From Octopus sinensis (Eukaryota): a stretch of DNA of 64,000 nt. Positions 52,625 through 64,000 of the stretch are shown here, one piece after another (within the stretch, counting starts at the first letter, position 1; each line of letters starts with the position of its first letter). A program made the translations under genes and the position numbers. A model generated the notes under the pieces. It was not told the DNA's origin, did no database searches, and was given only the letters and a program-made list of their open reading frames with translations. Location: positions 27,775,360-27,839,359 of the forward strand of contig NC_043019.1 of the NCBI RefSeq assembly GCF_006345805.1, read 5' to 3'.

Positions 52625-52985
52625 AGTCTGTCGGGGTTAGACAATGACGTCAGTGAGCTGGAGGTGGGAATGGAACCCAAAGGCGGACGCGCAGACGCGG
52701 CCACATGTTGGACACGTAACAGCAGAAGTAGGGTTGGGGATCCTCTCTTTTCGGCCTTGTCGCTTCTGGTCCAGGCTCTTGGGGCGCTTTTCCTCAAACA
52801 GCCTAACAGCCTTTTGGACAGCTGGATGCCAGGCGCCGCGGTCAGAGACAAGCGATTCCCAGCCACGAGCTGAAATGCCGCAGGACTCAAGGGAGGTTTT
52901 CAGGCTGTCCTTGAATCACCTCAGTGGCCTTCCAGGGTTTCTTGCTCCAGAAGCCAGCTCAGAGAAGAAGATCAAACCTGGTGGG
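52625..52985 (-). mobile_element. RTE-BovB-like LINE 3' end
   Basis: My translation: FSELASGARNPGRPLR*FKDSLKTSLESCGI..WESLVSDRGAWH.AVQKAVRLFEEKR..KRQGRK..TCPTCGRVCASAFGFHSHL (C-terminal C2H2). Confidence 0.75.
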
Positions 52986-53542
52986 GTTGCCAGTTTAGTC
53001 GCCAACGACCCGACCCTGGAGAGCATAGGAAGAGCATAGGAAGTAGAATAGTATCTTACAGCTATTTCAGTCAAGAGGCCATAGTACCCCACTTTACTTC
53101 CATCTCTTCGGTGAAATGAAGTATTTGGTAGATAAGATTAAGGTACTTGGGTGTGCCTCTGGGCTTCGTCAGAGAGTTTAGAAAGTTCATAAGGTTAAGT
53201 TATAAATATAAATACATACATATATACACACTTTTACATATACATACATGTACATAAATAAACATAACTACATATCTATACATTTATATGTATATGCATA
53301 CAAAGGAATCAATTATTATTATTATTATTAGGTGTATTATATTATTCCTATTAGATAAAGCATAAACAGAGGAAAGGAAAAAAATTATCAAAAGGGAAAT
53401 AATAGTGGAATTTAAATTATCAATCTATGTTAAGGTTATTGTAGGTATGTAGGAATGAAAAGGTATATAAATGAGGAATAGATACATACATACATAAATA
53501 CATACATACATACATACATACATACATACATACATACATACA

Positions 53543-53576
<34 letters not shown>

Positions 53577-53744
53577 CACACACACATATATACACACACA
53601 TATACATATATATGTATATATATTTATGTACAAACATACCCATAGGTACATACATATTTCATGTGTTGAGAAGGGAGGATTACTGTAGTAGTTCGTATTT
53701 TTCTTTTTATATAATTATAATTATACACAAATATATATATATAT

Positions 53745-53960
53745 ATATTATATAAAATCCGTTCTGTCTGTTTGTCTGTGTGTCTTCAAAGATCTCGGGC
53801 ATCCTCCATCCGATTGCGCTCAAATTTGATATGTAGATACCGACGGTATCAGGGCGTGTATAAGTCTTGAAAAAAATTACAAAATCGATTCCAGGTGAGA
53901 ATGCGATCGATAAAGCCGTGGGAACGTGCATTTGTACGCGCAAGTACATCAGCTGTTGCA
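53745..53960 (+). mobile_element. Probable Helitron-like 5' fragment
   Basis: tatataaaatccgttctgtctgtttgtctgtgtgtc..ccgattgcgctcaaattt resembles non-autonomous Helitron 5' ends; no 3' hairpin-CTAG seen. Confidence 0.35.
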
Positions 53961-54782
53961 ATCGATACTACGCGTACGCGAGAAAAATGAACGTGCAGTT
54001 TGCGCAAAAAAGCCGGCTGGCTTGAAATGATAAAATTAGTTACTTAGTTCCCTACGTTGTTGCTTTTCATCAAAAATCGTACCCCAAGTTGATTTCCTAC
54101 ATATTTTATCGGATAAACTTATTATTATCCCATGTACATTCTCATAAATTCATCATGCATTTCCATCTAGATTTACCTCCAGCTAACCCATTTGCATGCA
54201 TCGTTTATGTCCTGCTTTTCTTCCGTCAACCTGTACATAACTGCACCTTCCATTTTTTGTTGTTTTTGTACTGCTTAAAGGCACGTTTCTTTCCTGCCAA
54301 GCTTACTGTTTAAACCTTGTTTATGTTCTCCCGGTCAACAGCCTTATTACTGGTACTTTAAACTCTTCGGTTGCACATTTGTGTGAATAAAATCGTTTTT
54401 CTTCGGAATAGAAATAAAGTCTGTCTTTATTTCTTCTTTTGCTGGTGTCTCAAATTTAGGTTAAATCAGTGTTTCTCAAAAGGGAGGCCTATGGGACGGT
54501 CGGACAAGTTGGTTTGAGAAAATTTGGTTTAAATGTTTGACAACTCAGCACCGTCCATTGGACGGGGGGCGTTTTGCTCGTATATATATATATATATATA
54601 TATAGGATAAATGTAAAAATACACAAACTGGGACAAGAACGCAAAACATTTAGAAGACGATACAAAAAAATGGACGGGACATTCGAAGCCTTCGATCTCC
54701 AGTCAAAAACCGGATCATCTTCGCAATTTCGGCTGATTATTTTGACACACACACACACACACACACACACCACACACATATA

Positions 54783-54821
<39 letters not shown>

Positions 54822-54997
54822 TAAATAAATATGCGATATGTTTTCTATTGATGGCTTGAGATAAAGGTATGAGTGGGTATGAGTTTATATTAATACCAGT
54901 GATATTAGTCGGTACTAAAATTAATAAATTTCCGGGTATTAATCAAGATACTTTAACTACTAACCCCATGATCCTGACTTCGATTCCGGGCATAGTT

Positions 54998-55000
<3 letters not shown>

Positions 55001-55047
<47 letters not shown>

Positions 55048-55052
55048 TAATG

Positions 55053-55151
<99 letters not shown>

Positions 55152-55180
55152 ATAACAACAACAACAACAACAACAACAAC
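55001..55180. repeat. Compound (AAT)n(AGT)n(AAC)n microsatellite
   Basis: Direct reading; immediately upstream of the hammerhead-bearing element. Confidence 0.95.
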
Positions 55181-55224
55181 GAAAATACTTTAGGAATGAG
55201 AACCCGGGTTCGAAATTTCCCGAA

Positions 55225-55270
55225 GACACCTGATGAAGGCTGGAGGGTATACCAGCCGAAACGTTGTGTT
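55225..55270 (+). ncRNA. Minimal Penelope-type hammerhead with palindromic stem III
   Basis: GACAC CUGAUGA a GGCUGG agggUaUa CCAGCC GAAA CG UU / GUGUU; AACGUU palindrome. Confidence 0.65.
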
Positions 55271-55826
55271 AACAACAAACAAGATGAGGATAATTATCCG
55301 TCAAATGGAAAATAACGTAAATAACGTAAATAATGTAAATAATGTACATAATTCCCCATCTTTTAAATATAGAACTGCACATATTTTTTTTTTTTTTATT
55401 TTTACTTGTTTCGGTCATTTGACTACGGTCATGCTGGAGCACTGCCTTGAAGGGTTTTAGCCAAACAAATCAACCCCAGGACTTTTTCTTTAAGCCTAGT
55501 ATTTATTTTTTCGGTCTCTTTTGCTGAACCGCTCAGTTACGGGGACGTAAGCATACCAACACGGGTTGTCAAGCGATGATGGCGGGGACAAACACAGGCA
55601 CAAAAACACACATATAGATACACACACACGCACACACACACACACACACACATACACACACATATATGAGGGGCTTTTTTCAGTTTCCGTCTACCATATC
55701 TACTCACAAGGTTTTGGTCGGCCTTAGGCTATAGCAGAACGACTTGCCCAAGGTGCCACGCAGTGGGACTGAACCAGAAGCCATGTAGTTGGGAAGCAAG
55801 CCTCATACCACACAGCCACACCGGCA

Positions 55827-55893
<67 letters not shown>

Positions 55894-56768
55894 GATCATG
55901 ATCATCATCATCGTTTAACGTCCGTTTTCCATGCTGGCATGGGTCGGACGGTTTGACTGAGGTCTGGAGAGCCAGCGGCTGCACCAGGCTCCAATCTGAT
56001 CTGGCAATGTTTCTACAGCTGGATGTATTTCTCCTGAAGTTGCCTTTCCAGAAATATTGCATCAGTGGTGCTTCTGCCTGGCACAAAACCAAACTGCATT
56101 TCATCTAGGCCACTGGAATTTGAAGTTCCTGCTTGTAAATCAGTACAGATTATCAGAGGTTCTGTCAAATTTTGTTTCGCATTCCTCTTTAATTGACAGC
56201 AGAAGCACTATACTGTCAAAACCAATCTAACATGAAAATATAAAATATAAACGAAAACCAAAAATAAACCTCTCAAGAACAATTGTACACAGTAATATTT
56301 CATTTATAATTTTTAAACCGGATAGAATTATGAGAAAAACCACAAGAGGTTATTTGGGGCACAAGGTTATAAGAGGTTACTTGAGTGGTAAATATGATGG
56401 GACGTGTACTTAAAACGATGGTTTTAGCCACTTCGTGACAAAAAAAAACTATACCTTAAGCAATGTAACTCACTTATACATCATTTATAAGCACAGGACC
56501 ATAAAATTTAATCCGATTAGATAAAGTAAACAAGGAGATAGTTAGGTGACAGAAGCAGCTATATTTTTTTTAAAAAGTAGCATTAAATTTAAATCTAATA
56601 ATATTAAAGTTTCCATTGCCTTTTCTTTATTTTTTCTCCACAAGTTAATGAATTGTAAACAAAATCTACGATACTCGCACATTTACACCCTAGTACATGT
56701 GTTATGCAGTGTAGATGAGTATGCACACGTATGTACATACACATACATCCACACAGACATCCACACTC

Positions 56769-56809
<41 letters not shown>

Positions 56810-56845
56810 TACACACATTTATATGCATATATATGTACATATATA

Positions 56846-57124
56846 CAGTGGTGAACTGGCCAGGTTGCCAGCTTGCCCGATGGCAAGTGGGCCTCTGCGT
56901 CGTTAGAATCCATATATGAAGGCCCATGTTAGTATCTAAGTTTGAGATTTTTTATTCAGTCCTGGAAGAATGTCTTAATTATTTCAGTCTGGCTGTGTTT
57001 GTAGACAGTTGAAAATAATACGTTTAACAATTAAAAAAAAAATCAATTATAGCATTGTAGTTGTGGGTGGGCCCCCTTAGTCTCCTGGCAACCAATATTT
57101 TTTTTTTTACCCAGTCTGCCACTG
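56846..57124. mobile_element. hAT-type MITE
   Basis: TIR CAGTGGTGAACTGG / CCAGTCTGCCACTG; exact 8-bp TSD CATATATA. Confidence 0.75.
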
Positions 57125-57137
57125 CATATATATATAT

Positions 57138-57536
57138 ACTCTTTTACTCTTTTACTTGTTTCAGTCATTTGACTGCGGCCATGCTGGAGCACTGCCTTTT
57201 TTAGTCGAGCAAATCGACCCCGGGACTTATTCTTTGTAAGCCCAGTACTTATTCTATCGGTCTCTTTTGCCGAACCGCTAAGTGACGGCGACGTAAACAC
57301 ACCAGCATCGGTTGTCAAGCAATGCTAGGGGGACAAACACAGACACACAAACACACACACACATATATATATATATACATATATACGACGGGCTTCTTCC
57401 AGTTTCCGTCTACCAAATCCACTCACAAGGCTTTGGTCGGCCCGAGGCTATAGTAGAAGACACTTGCCCAAGGTGCCATGCAGTGGGACTGAACCCGGAA
57501 CCATGTGGTTGGTAAGCAAGCTACTTACCACACAGC
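57138..57536 (-). mobile_element. SINE family I, young full-length copy
   Basis: High similarity to 46261-46638. Confidence 0.9.
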
Positions 57537-57975
57537 GTATGCATCAATGTATATGGGTTTGACGAGTTGCCTATACAGCTAATCGCTTTGCAGGTGCAAA
57601 ACCAATGGTCACTCTGAACGGCCATAACGAACAACCTTCTCTCTCAAGCACATACACATACACACTCACATATTCTCGTACAAACATTCAGGCACAAACT
57701 CAAAAAAAAACACATCGAGCACACAAATACACACGCGAACACTTGCGTACACGCACACACTTTTGTGTGTTTATGCGAGTGGGATTGTGTGTGTACACAT
57801 ACATATAAACACACTCACATAAACGCACACATACATACACAAACCCGCGCATACACATTCACAAGCACTCACGTTGGCGGATACTTTACTTTTCATCAAC
57901 CTCATGGGGATGAAAGTATAGTTGGCTTCGACGAGATTTGAACTCGGAACTTAATACTGTAACTCACGTTTTTTT

Positions 57976-58238
57976 CATTAGAGGCTATTCTTGAAACGAT
58001 GAGACTCACATCTCAGAAGATTAAACAAACTGAAGCGATGTTATGGACATCAGAGATTGTAAGAAAATAGGTTTCGTTCTCTTCGCTTCTTTCGGGTTCA
58101 CGCCATATTGTCGTCTGCTCTGTCCATTTGGTCACGTGACTCGGTGTCGTCTGCTCTGTCCATTTGGTCACGTGACTCGGTGTCGTCTGCTGCCAATAGA
58201 CAACAAAATCTGTCCCTTTCTGTCCCTCTTTCCCCCTT

Positions 58239-58278
<40 letters not shown>

Positions 58279-58830
58279 GCTCCCTACACTGTTCCTTTGT
58301 CTCTTTCCTCCCACTCTTCTTTTTCTCCGTTTTAAAAACACACACATACACCCGTACAAACACACGCAAACATGCAAACGCATAAACACACAGACAAACA
58401 CACGCGAACAAACATAAACATACATAAACGCAAGCACATGCACATACACAAACAAACTCACACACACTCGCACAAACATACGTGCACACAGTCACAAAGA
58501 CACAGATAATACATACGCAGACACTCAAACACAGACACACAAATTCAGAAGCACTCACATACACAGTGCGCGCATGTATATTAACTTTTACAAGTATATA
58601 TTTAAAGATTAAATTTAAATAAATATGTATAACGAAGTCTCACACTTTCCATTAGAGGCCATTCTTGAAACGATGAGACTCACATCTCAGAAGATTAAAC
58701 AAACTGAAGCGATGTTATGGACATCAGAGATTGTAAGAAAACAAGCTTCGTTCTCTTCGCTTCTGTCGAGTTCACGCCATATTGTCGTCTGCTCTTTCCA
58801 TTTGGTCACGTGACTCGGTGTCGTCTGCTT
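57976..58830 (-). promoter_or_regulatory. Duplicated promoter-like module (CCAAT, GTCACGTGAC E-boxes, YY1-like motif, downstream GTGAGT donor)
   Basis: E-boxes at 58131-58140, 58167-58176 and 58805-58814; CGCCATATTG at 58101 and 58775; CCAAT at 58193; donors at 58009 and 58683. Function is inferred only. Confidence 0.4.
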
Positions 58831-58870
58831 CGAATCGGCAGTAAAATCTATCTATCTATCTATCTATCTA

Positions 58871-58909
<39 letters not shown>

Positions 58910-59810
58910 GCCTGCCTGCCTGCCTGTCTGTCTGTCTTACCCCTCTCTCTCTCTTCCCTTCCCCTCTCTATTCCTCCCTCTCTCTCTTCCCTCTCTTTCT
59001 TTTTCCTTTCTCTCCCCCTCTCTCTCTCTCTCCATCTCCCCATACACTTTCTTTGTCCCTTTCCTTCCACGCTTAGCGTCTTTTTTTCCGCTTTAAATCA
59101 TATACATATACACGTACAAATATGCACACGCATTCACACACCTACAAACACACTCAGAAAGCATAAATATACACATACGCAAACACATGCACACTCATAC
59201 TCTCAAACAAACATACACACATACACACATACCTGCGCGCGCGTACACATTCTCACGTGCCCCCCCCCACACACACACACACATATACATACAAATATGT
59301 GCACAAATATACACATGCACTTATACACACACATATATGTATAATGCAAAGACAACCTGTAGATTGTGATAGTAAAATAGAAATAAAATTTTAAAATTAA
59401 TTCTTTTTTTGTGCGGCCCAGTATCAAATGATCCAAGGCCTGTTACTTGGTCCATGGCAACGATGGTTAGAGGCCCCTGCCTTACAAAATAATGTATACA
59501 TATATATTTCGGTGGTGTATTTTCCAGGCAGTGATTCAATCTGAAACCTTGTGTTGAAACTAAAATAATTGCAGCGTATAAGGCATATATTAGTCACTCA
59601 ACACACACGAACATTGTTAACTTCAGTTAAACATTTATTGCTTGGTGTCAAAAATTTCGTCGCTCCAAGTGCAACCTAATCACCGACGTAATTCTATACA
59701 TATGTATACGATATGCGTGTGTGTGTGTATGTATATGTAGTAAGTTCACACGTATGTATTATAGTGAGTTGGAAAACTTCGATTAACTGGGGTAAAATCT
59801 CACTCTACAG

Positions 59811-60135
59811 TTGTGGTTCTCAGTTGGGGTCCATGTGATCCTTGGTGGTCCATATAAGGTTTTGAGGGGTTCACACAAGCAAAATAGTAAATTGAGTCCA
59901 TAGTATTTCATGGGTCCATGAAAATAATTTTGTTTTAGATGTATTTATTGCAAAACACAGCTTGTTTTCTTTCCCTGACGTTTTACACAAGAGATTGTAT
60001 GATAGACAAAATAGGAATTTTGAAAAACATATCAATAAAGCTAGTTTTTAAACATCGAATGGCTATGGGGAGTCCACCAGAACAAAATAGTAATAAAAGG
60101 GGTCCATAGATAAAAAAAATTATTAGGAAACACTG
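59811..60135. mobile_element. hAT (Charlie-like) MITE
   Basis: Degenerate CAGTGGTTCTCA-type ends; 8-bp flanks CTCTACAG / CTCTAGAG. Confidence 0.6.
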
Positions 60136-60269
60136 CTCTAGAGTGTTCAAAATTTAAACAACGAAAGAGGGGTTAACTGTGAAAAGACCAGCCAGTCAGC
60201 CGGATGTTTTAGGCAATCTACACAATGAGGATAAGAAAAGTTGAGGTCTTTAAAGGCATTTGGATAAAG

Positions 60270-60516
60270 CAGTAGTTTTCAACCAGGCACTTGGGGGTCC
60301 ACAAAGATCTTGGTGTCAAAATTTACATGCAATAACTTGGTTACAATTCCAAAGTACTCAAAATATTTCAACATTTTTTAAATACAATTCTTAGCGGTAT
60401 TTAACCATGAAAATGTAATGCGAGATTTTTAAACATTGAATGGCTATGGGGGTTCCAGTAGAGTAAAGAAGGAATGAAAGGAGTCCGTGGGCACAAAAAA
60501 CGGTTGAGAACCACAG
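60270..60516. mobile_element. hAT (Charlie-like) MITE, related to 59811-60135
   Basis: CAGTAGTTTTCAACC / GGTTGAGAACCACAG; flanks GGATAAAG / GGTTAAAG. Confidence 0.6.
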
Positions 60517-60696
60517 GGTTAAAGTCACATTTAAACCTCGCTGGACCTTCTCCCTTAAGTAAATAATACTGAGTTGGTAAGACTAAGAATCTTTAATACC
60601 CACACACGTGCACAAGTGTGTGTGTGTGTGTGCGTGCGTGTGTGTGTGTAGGAAAAAGTTGGCAGTATATATGTAAAGACGAAAAGTTAATAAATA

Positions 60697-61251
60697 TTGG
60701 GTTGTCCGGAAAGTTCGCACCGATTTATAGTAGCTTACCTTTCGACTTATTTTAGAACATGGTTGAGTCCATAAAATACGATTTGACTACATGTCCACAG
60801 GTTACGCTATCTTTTCGTGGAAGAAGGTTTATGTTCCTATAACCTGTGTTAATTCTGTAACTCTTTAAAATGGAAGATAAGAAAGTTCATTTTTGGCACT
60901 TGATTCTTTGGGAACCAGACAAAATTGCTGCAGCTCGGCTGGGATGTGTTACCCCACTCTCCATATTCACCAGATATTGCTCCTTCGGATTTCCACTTAT
61001 TCAGGTCTCTGCAGAATGGGCTTAATGGTAAAAATTTCAATTCCTTGGATGACGTAAAAATATACCTTGATGAATTCTTTGCCATGAAACCACCTCATTC
61101 TGGGAAGAGAGCATTTTCAAGTTACAGGAAAGATGGAGACGCATTGTGCAACAAAATGGTTCATATTTGGTTGATTAAAAATGTAATGGCAAGTATTTAT
61201 TGACCTTTTTCTTTCCTTTAAAAATCGGCACGAACTTTCCGGACAACCCAA
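60697..61251 (+). mobile_element. Internally deleted mariner element
   Basis: TIRs TTGGGTTGTCCGGAAAGTTCG / CGAACTTTCCGGACAACCCAA, TA TSD, LGWDVLPHSPYSPDIAPSDFHLFRSLQN motif. Confidence 0.9.
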
Positions 61252-62297
61252 TATTTACAAAAAAAAAAGTGTTGAGTAATCCTTTAGTTTAATACTAAAT
61301 TGTTTTTTTTTATGTACAACTTGACGTAAAAGCAAAGATTACTATATTTTTTATATTTGTTACAGTTACAAGATTGCAGCCATGCTGGGGCACCGCCTTG
61401 AAAATCTTTAGTCCAACGAATCAACAACAGAGCTTTTTTATGTTTTTTTTAAAGCCTGGTACTTATTCTATCAGGAAAGGATCGAGATTTTTCCATTCAC
61501 AAAATATGCATTTTTTTAAAAGGAAGTAAAAATCTGAAAATCGGCAATAATAATGTCACCTTCTAGTTTCATTGCTTTGAAGGTATGATGTTGTGGAGAG
61601 AAAAAAATTGGAGAAAAAAATTACAGAAGTTTAAAAATCGTAAAAACTGGGTATTTTTAACCAATAGCGAGACAGAAATTTTCTGCGTTTAGCGGAGCGG
61701 TTTCAACTTTAAGATTGTACCCTGTAAAATTTATAGTTTAGCGTCTGGCCTGTTCATTGTAGGTTTCTAAATAAACTGAAATACGTATCATATTAATTCC
61801 AAATAACATCAGATTCTTTAATTTACGAGATAAAGTAATTAGTTGATCGTAATCAAAATTCGCATCGATACACCAAAATTGAAAGCAATCTGAGCAAAAT
61901 TATTGGGAGGAGGGTCTCATTTTGCGAATGAGAAAGACCAGATCCTCAGGGGAACTTATGGCGGACCGCTGGGTTACGGGGCTGTAAACAAAGAAACACT
62001 AGCATCAAGCAGTGGTGGGGGCGAACTCAGACACACAAACATACATTTATATTTACATAGACGACGGGTTTCTTTTCAGTTTCCGTCTACCAAATCCACT
62101 CACAAGGGTTTGGTCAGCCCGAGGTTATAGTAGAAAACACTTGCCCCAGGTGCAATGGCACTGAACCCGGAACCATGTGGTTGGGAAGCAAACTTCTTAC
62201 CAAAGTCACGCCGTATAGCCGTATGTGTGTGTGTGTGAGTGTGTGTGCATGTGTGTGTGTGAGTGTGTGTGTATGTGTGTGTGTGTGTGTACATGCA

Positions 62298-62331
<34 letters not shown>

Positions 62332-62339
62332 AAAAAAAG

Positions 62340-62790
62340 AAATACGAACCCACAGTATGGTAGAAGCCATAGCCACTCATAATAAAAAGGAGTACTGGTG
62401 GAATGTCCCAGTGAAAACCCCAAAGAACTGTAAACACAATAGACCAGACATAATAATTTGGGATTGAGAAGAGAAACTGTGTACAGTTGCAGAAATCAGC
62501 TGCCCAGCTGATGTTAACATAAAGCTGAAGATCAACGAAAAAGAAAATACCTATGCTGAACTACTGAGAAATCTGCAGTTACTCTATCCAGATTACAAGT
62601 TCAGGTTTATGCCTGTAATTATTGGGACACTGGGATATGTAACACACTGCCTAAACACCAATCTTCAGAAATTAGGCTTCTCAAAACCAGAAAGGAGAAA
62701 GCTGACTCGAAAACTACAGATCCAAGCCGTCACTGGAATTGTAAAAATCTGTAAAACTTTCCAGGAGTTTAGCAGTTTAAGTATATATGT
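62340..62790 (+). mobile_element. RLE-type (R4/NeSL-like) LINE 3' fragment
   Basis: WWNVPVKTPKNCKHNRPDIIIWD..EISCPADVNIKLKINEKENTYAELL..PVIIGTLG (restriction-like endonuclease domain). Confidence 0.75.
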
Positions 62791-63048
62791 GCATCTCTAG
62801 ACATGCAACTATATGCATGAGAATACATACATAAAACAAAGCATACGAATCTGCACATATACATATAAACAAACAAATATATCCTGTTGATGTTGTTGGA
62901 ATGAAGGAACCTTGGAAACCGGCTCTTTCTCTACTGGCAAGAAATTTTGAAATAAAACTGAATAATGACATGCACACATACTCACATGCGCGCGCACACA
63001 CACACAGCAGAAATGTAATGACTGTGATTATGAATATTAATACGACTG

Positions 63049-63430
63049 GAGGCGCAATGGCCCAGTGGTTAGGGCAGCGGACTCGCGGTCATAGGATCGC
63101 GGTTTCGATTCCCAGACCGGGCGTTGTGAGTGTTTATTGAGCGAAAACACCTAAAAGCTCCATGAGGCTCTGGCAGGGGATGGTGGTGATCCCTGCTGTA
63201 CTCTTTCACCACAACTTTCTCTCACTCTTACTTCCTGTTTCTGTTGTACCTGTATTTCAAAGGGCCGGCCTTGTCACTTTCTGTGTCACGCTGAATATCC
63301 CCGAGAACTACGTTAAGGGTACGCGTGTCTGTTGAGTGCTCAGCCACTTACACGTTAATTTCATGAGCAGGCTGTTCCGTTGATTCGGATCAACCGGAAC
63401 CCTCGTCGTCGTAACCGACGGAGTGCTTCC
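63049..63430 (+). mobile_element. tRNA-derived SINE family III, full length
   Basis: A box TGGCCCAGTGG, B box GGTTTCGATTCC; exact 11-bp TSD TAATACGACTG at 63038-63048 and 63431-63441; related tail at ~26430-26740(-). Confidence 0.9.
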
Positions 63431-63936
63431 TAATACGACTGAAGGAAAATGCGAAACCGAACAGGATCTCACTTTCTCTTTGGTTCCGTCAGAGGAGGAA
63501 AAAACAGCATTTAAGAAACGTAATTGCTTCATAACCTTTAAGGCTTGCGCGACGAAGGAAAAAAAACTTCCTTGTACACGTCACCCCAGTACCTGTAAAA
63601 GAGAGAACACTACTCAATGTACCCAAGGAAAAGGCGGTGAACTTAAAATGAGTGACGGGTGAAGATGTATTTCACATCAACTCAGAAAACAAAGAGCCGA
63701 AACGAATACCGCAAGGTGTCTCATTCGACGCTCAAATAACTCTGCGAACTCATCGCCCTTGGTTTTTCCTTTATTCTACTGACACCGACAGGATGAAAGG
63801 TAAGACTGCAGTGAGCTGAAAAAAAGACTGCAGGGTACTTTGCATCACGCTCTATCGATTTACCTCTTTTGACGTCCTGAGTGATAAGGGTGGAATAATT
63901 AGCTCAGCTGCGAACAATTAGCTGACAAATATCTCC

Positions 63937-63967
<31 letters not shown>

Positions 63968-64000
63968 CATACATACATACATACATACATACATACATAC

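Noticed and set aside
54690-54745. Hammerhead-like string on the minus strand (also ~26895-26930, ~38945)
   Set aside because: Core nucleotides are missing (no intact CUGANGA plus GAAA) and stems I/III cannot be formed
63038-63048. TAATACGACT matches the first 10 nt of the T7 promoter (twice)
   Set aside because: It is the SINE target-site duplication; the following CACTATAG is absent, so this is not vector contamination
63049-63125. tRNA-like sequence (also heads at ~37200-37278, 28880-28946)
   Set aside because: A/B boxes run into SINE bodies with TSDs; not stand-alone tRNA genes

Overview
AT-rich eukaryotic genomic DNA, saturated with microsatellites and retroposons. The SINE families and simple-repeat load suggest an octopus genome (inference; no search run). 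Most ORFs in the supplied track are simple-repeat artefacts. One host gene is supported on the minus strand: a type II membrane protein. Its candidate exons are an M-A-E start exon (46769-46777), a 271-nt cytoplasmic+TM exon (30557-30827) and two tandemly duplicated 15-nt phase-1 micro-exons (2476-2490, 1237-1251). Joined, these read MAE-YSNAADKEWGPQYDNLAYQPE...FLIIFGILLVVIGVAAGIVVAIYFSGQ-EAPVT-PAPEP, continuing off the left edge. The rest is TE debris: tRNA-derived SINEs, CR1, RTE/BovB, L1-Tx1, RLE-type LINEs, two Penelope-like elements, Helitrons, mariner, piggyBac, pogo and hAT MITEs. The most striking signals are hammerhead ribozyme folds. One is fully canonical and lies on the gene's sense strand between the two micro-exons (1716-1786). 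Another is a complete fold with a G15.1-C16.1 covariation (51595-51638). Also notable: the micro-exons are far more diverged than their flanking introns.
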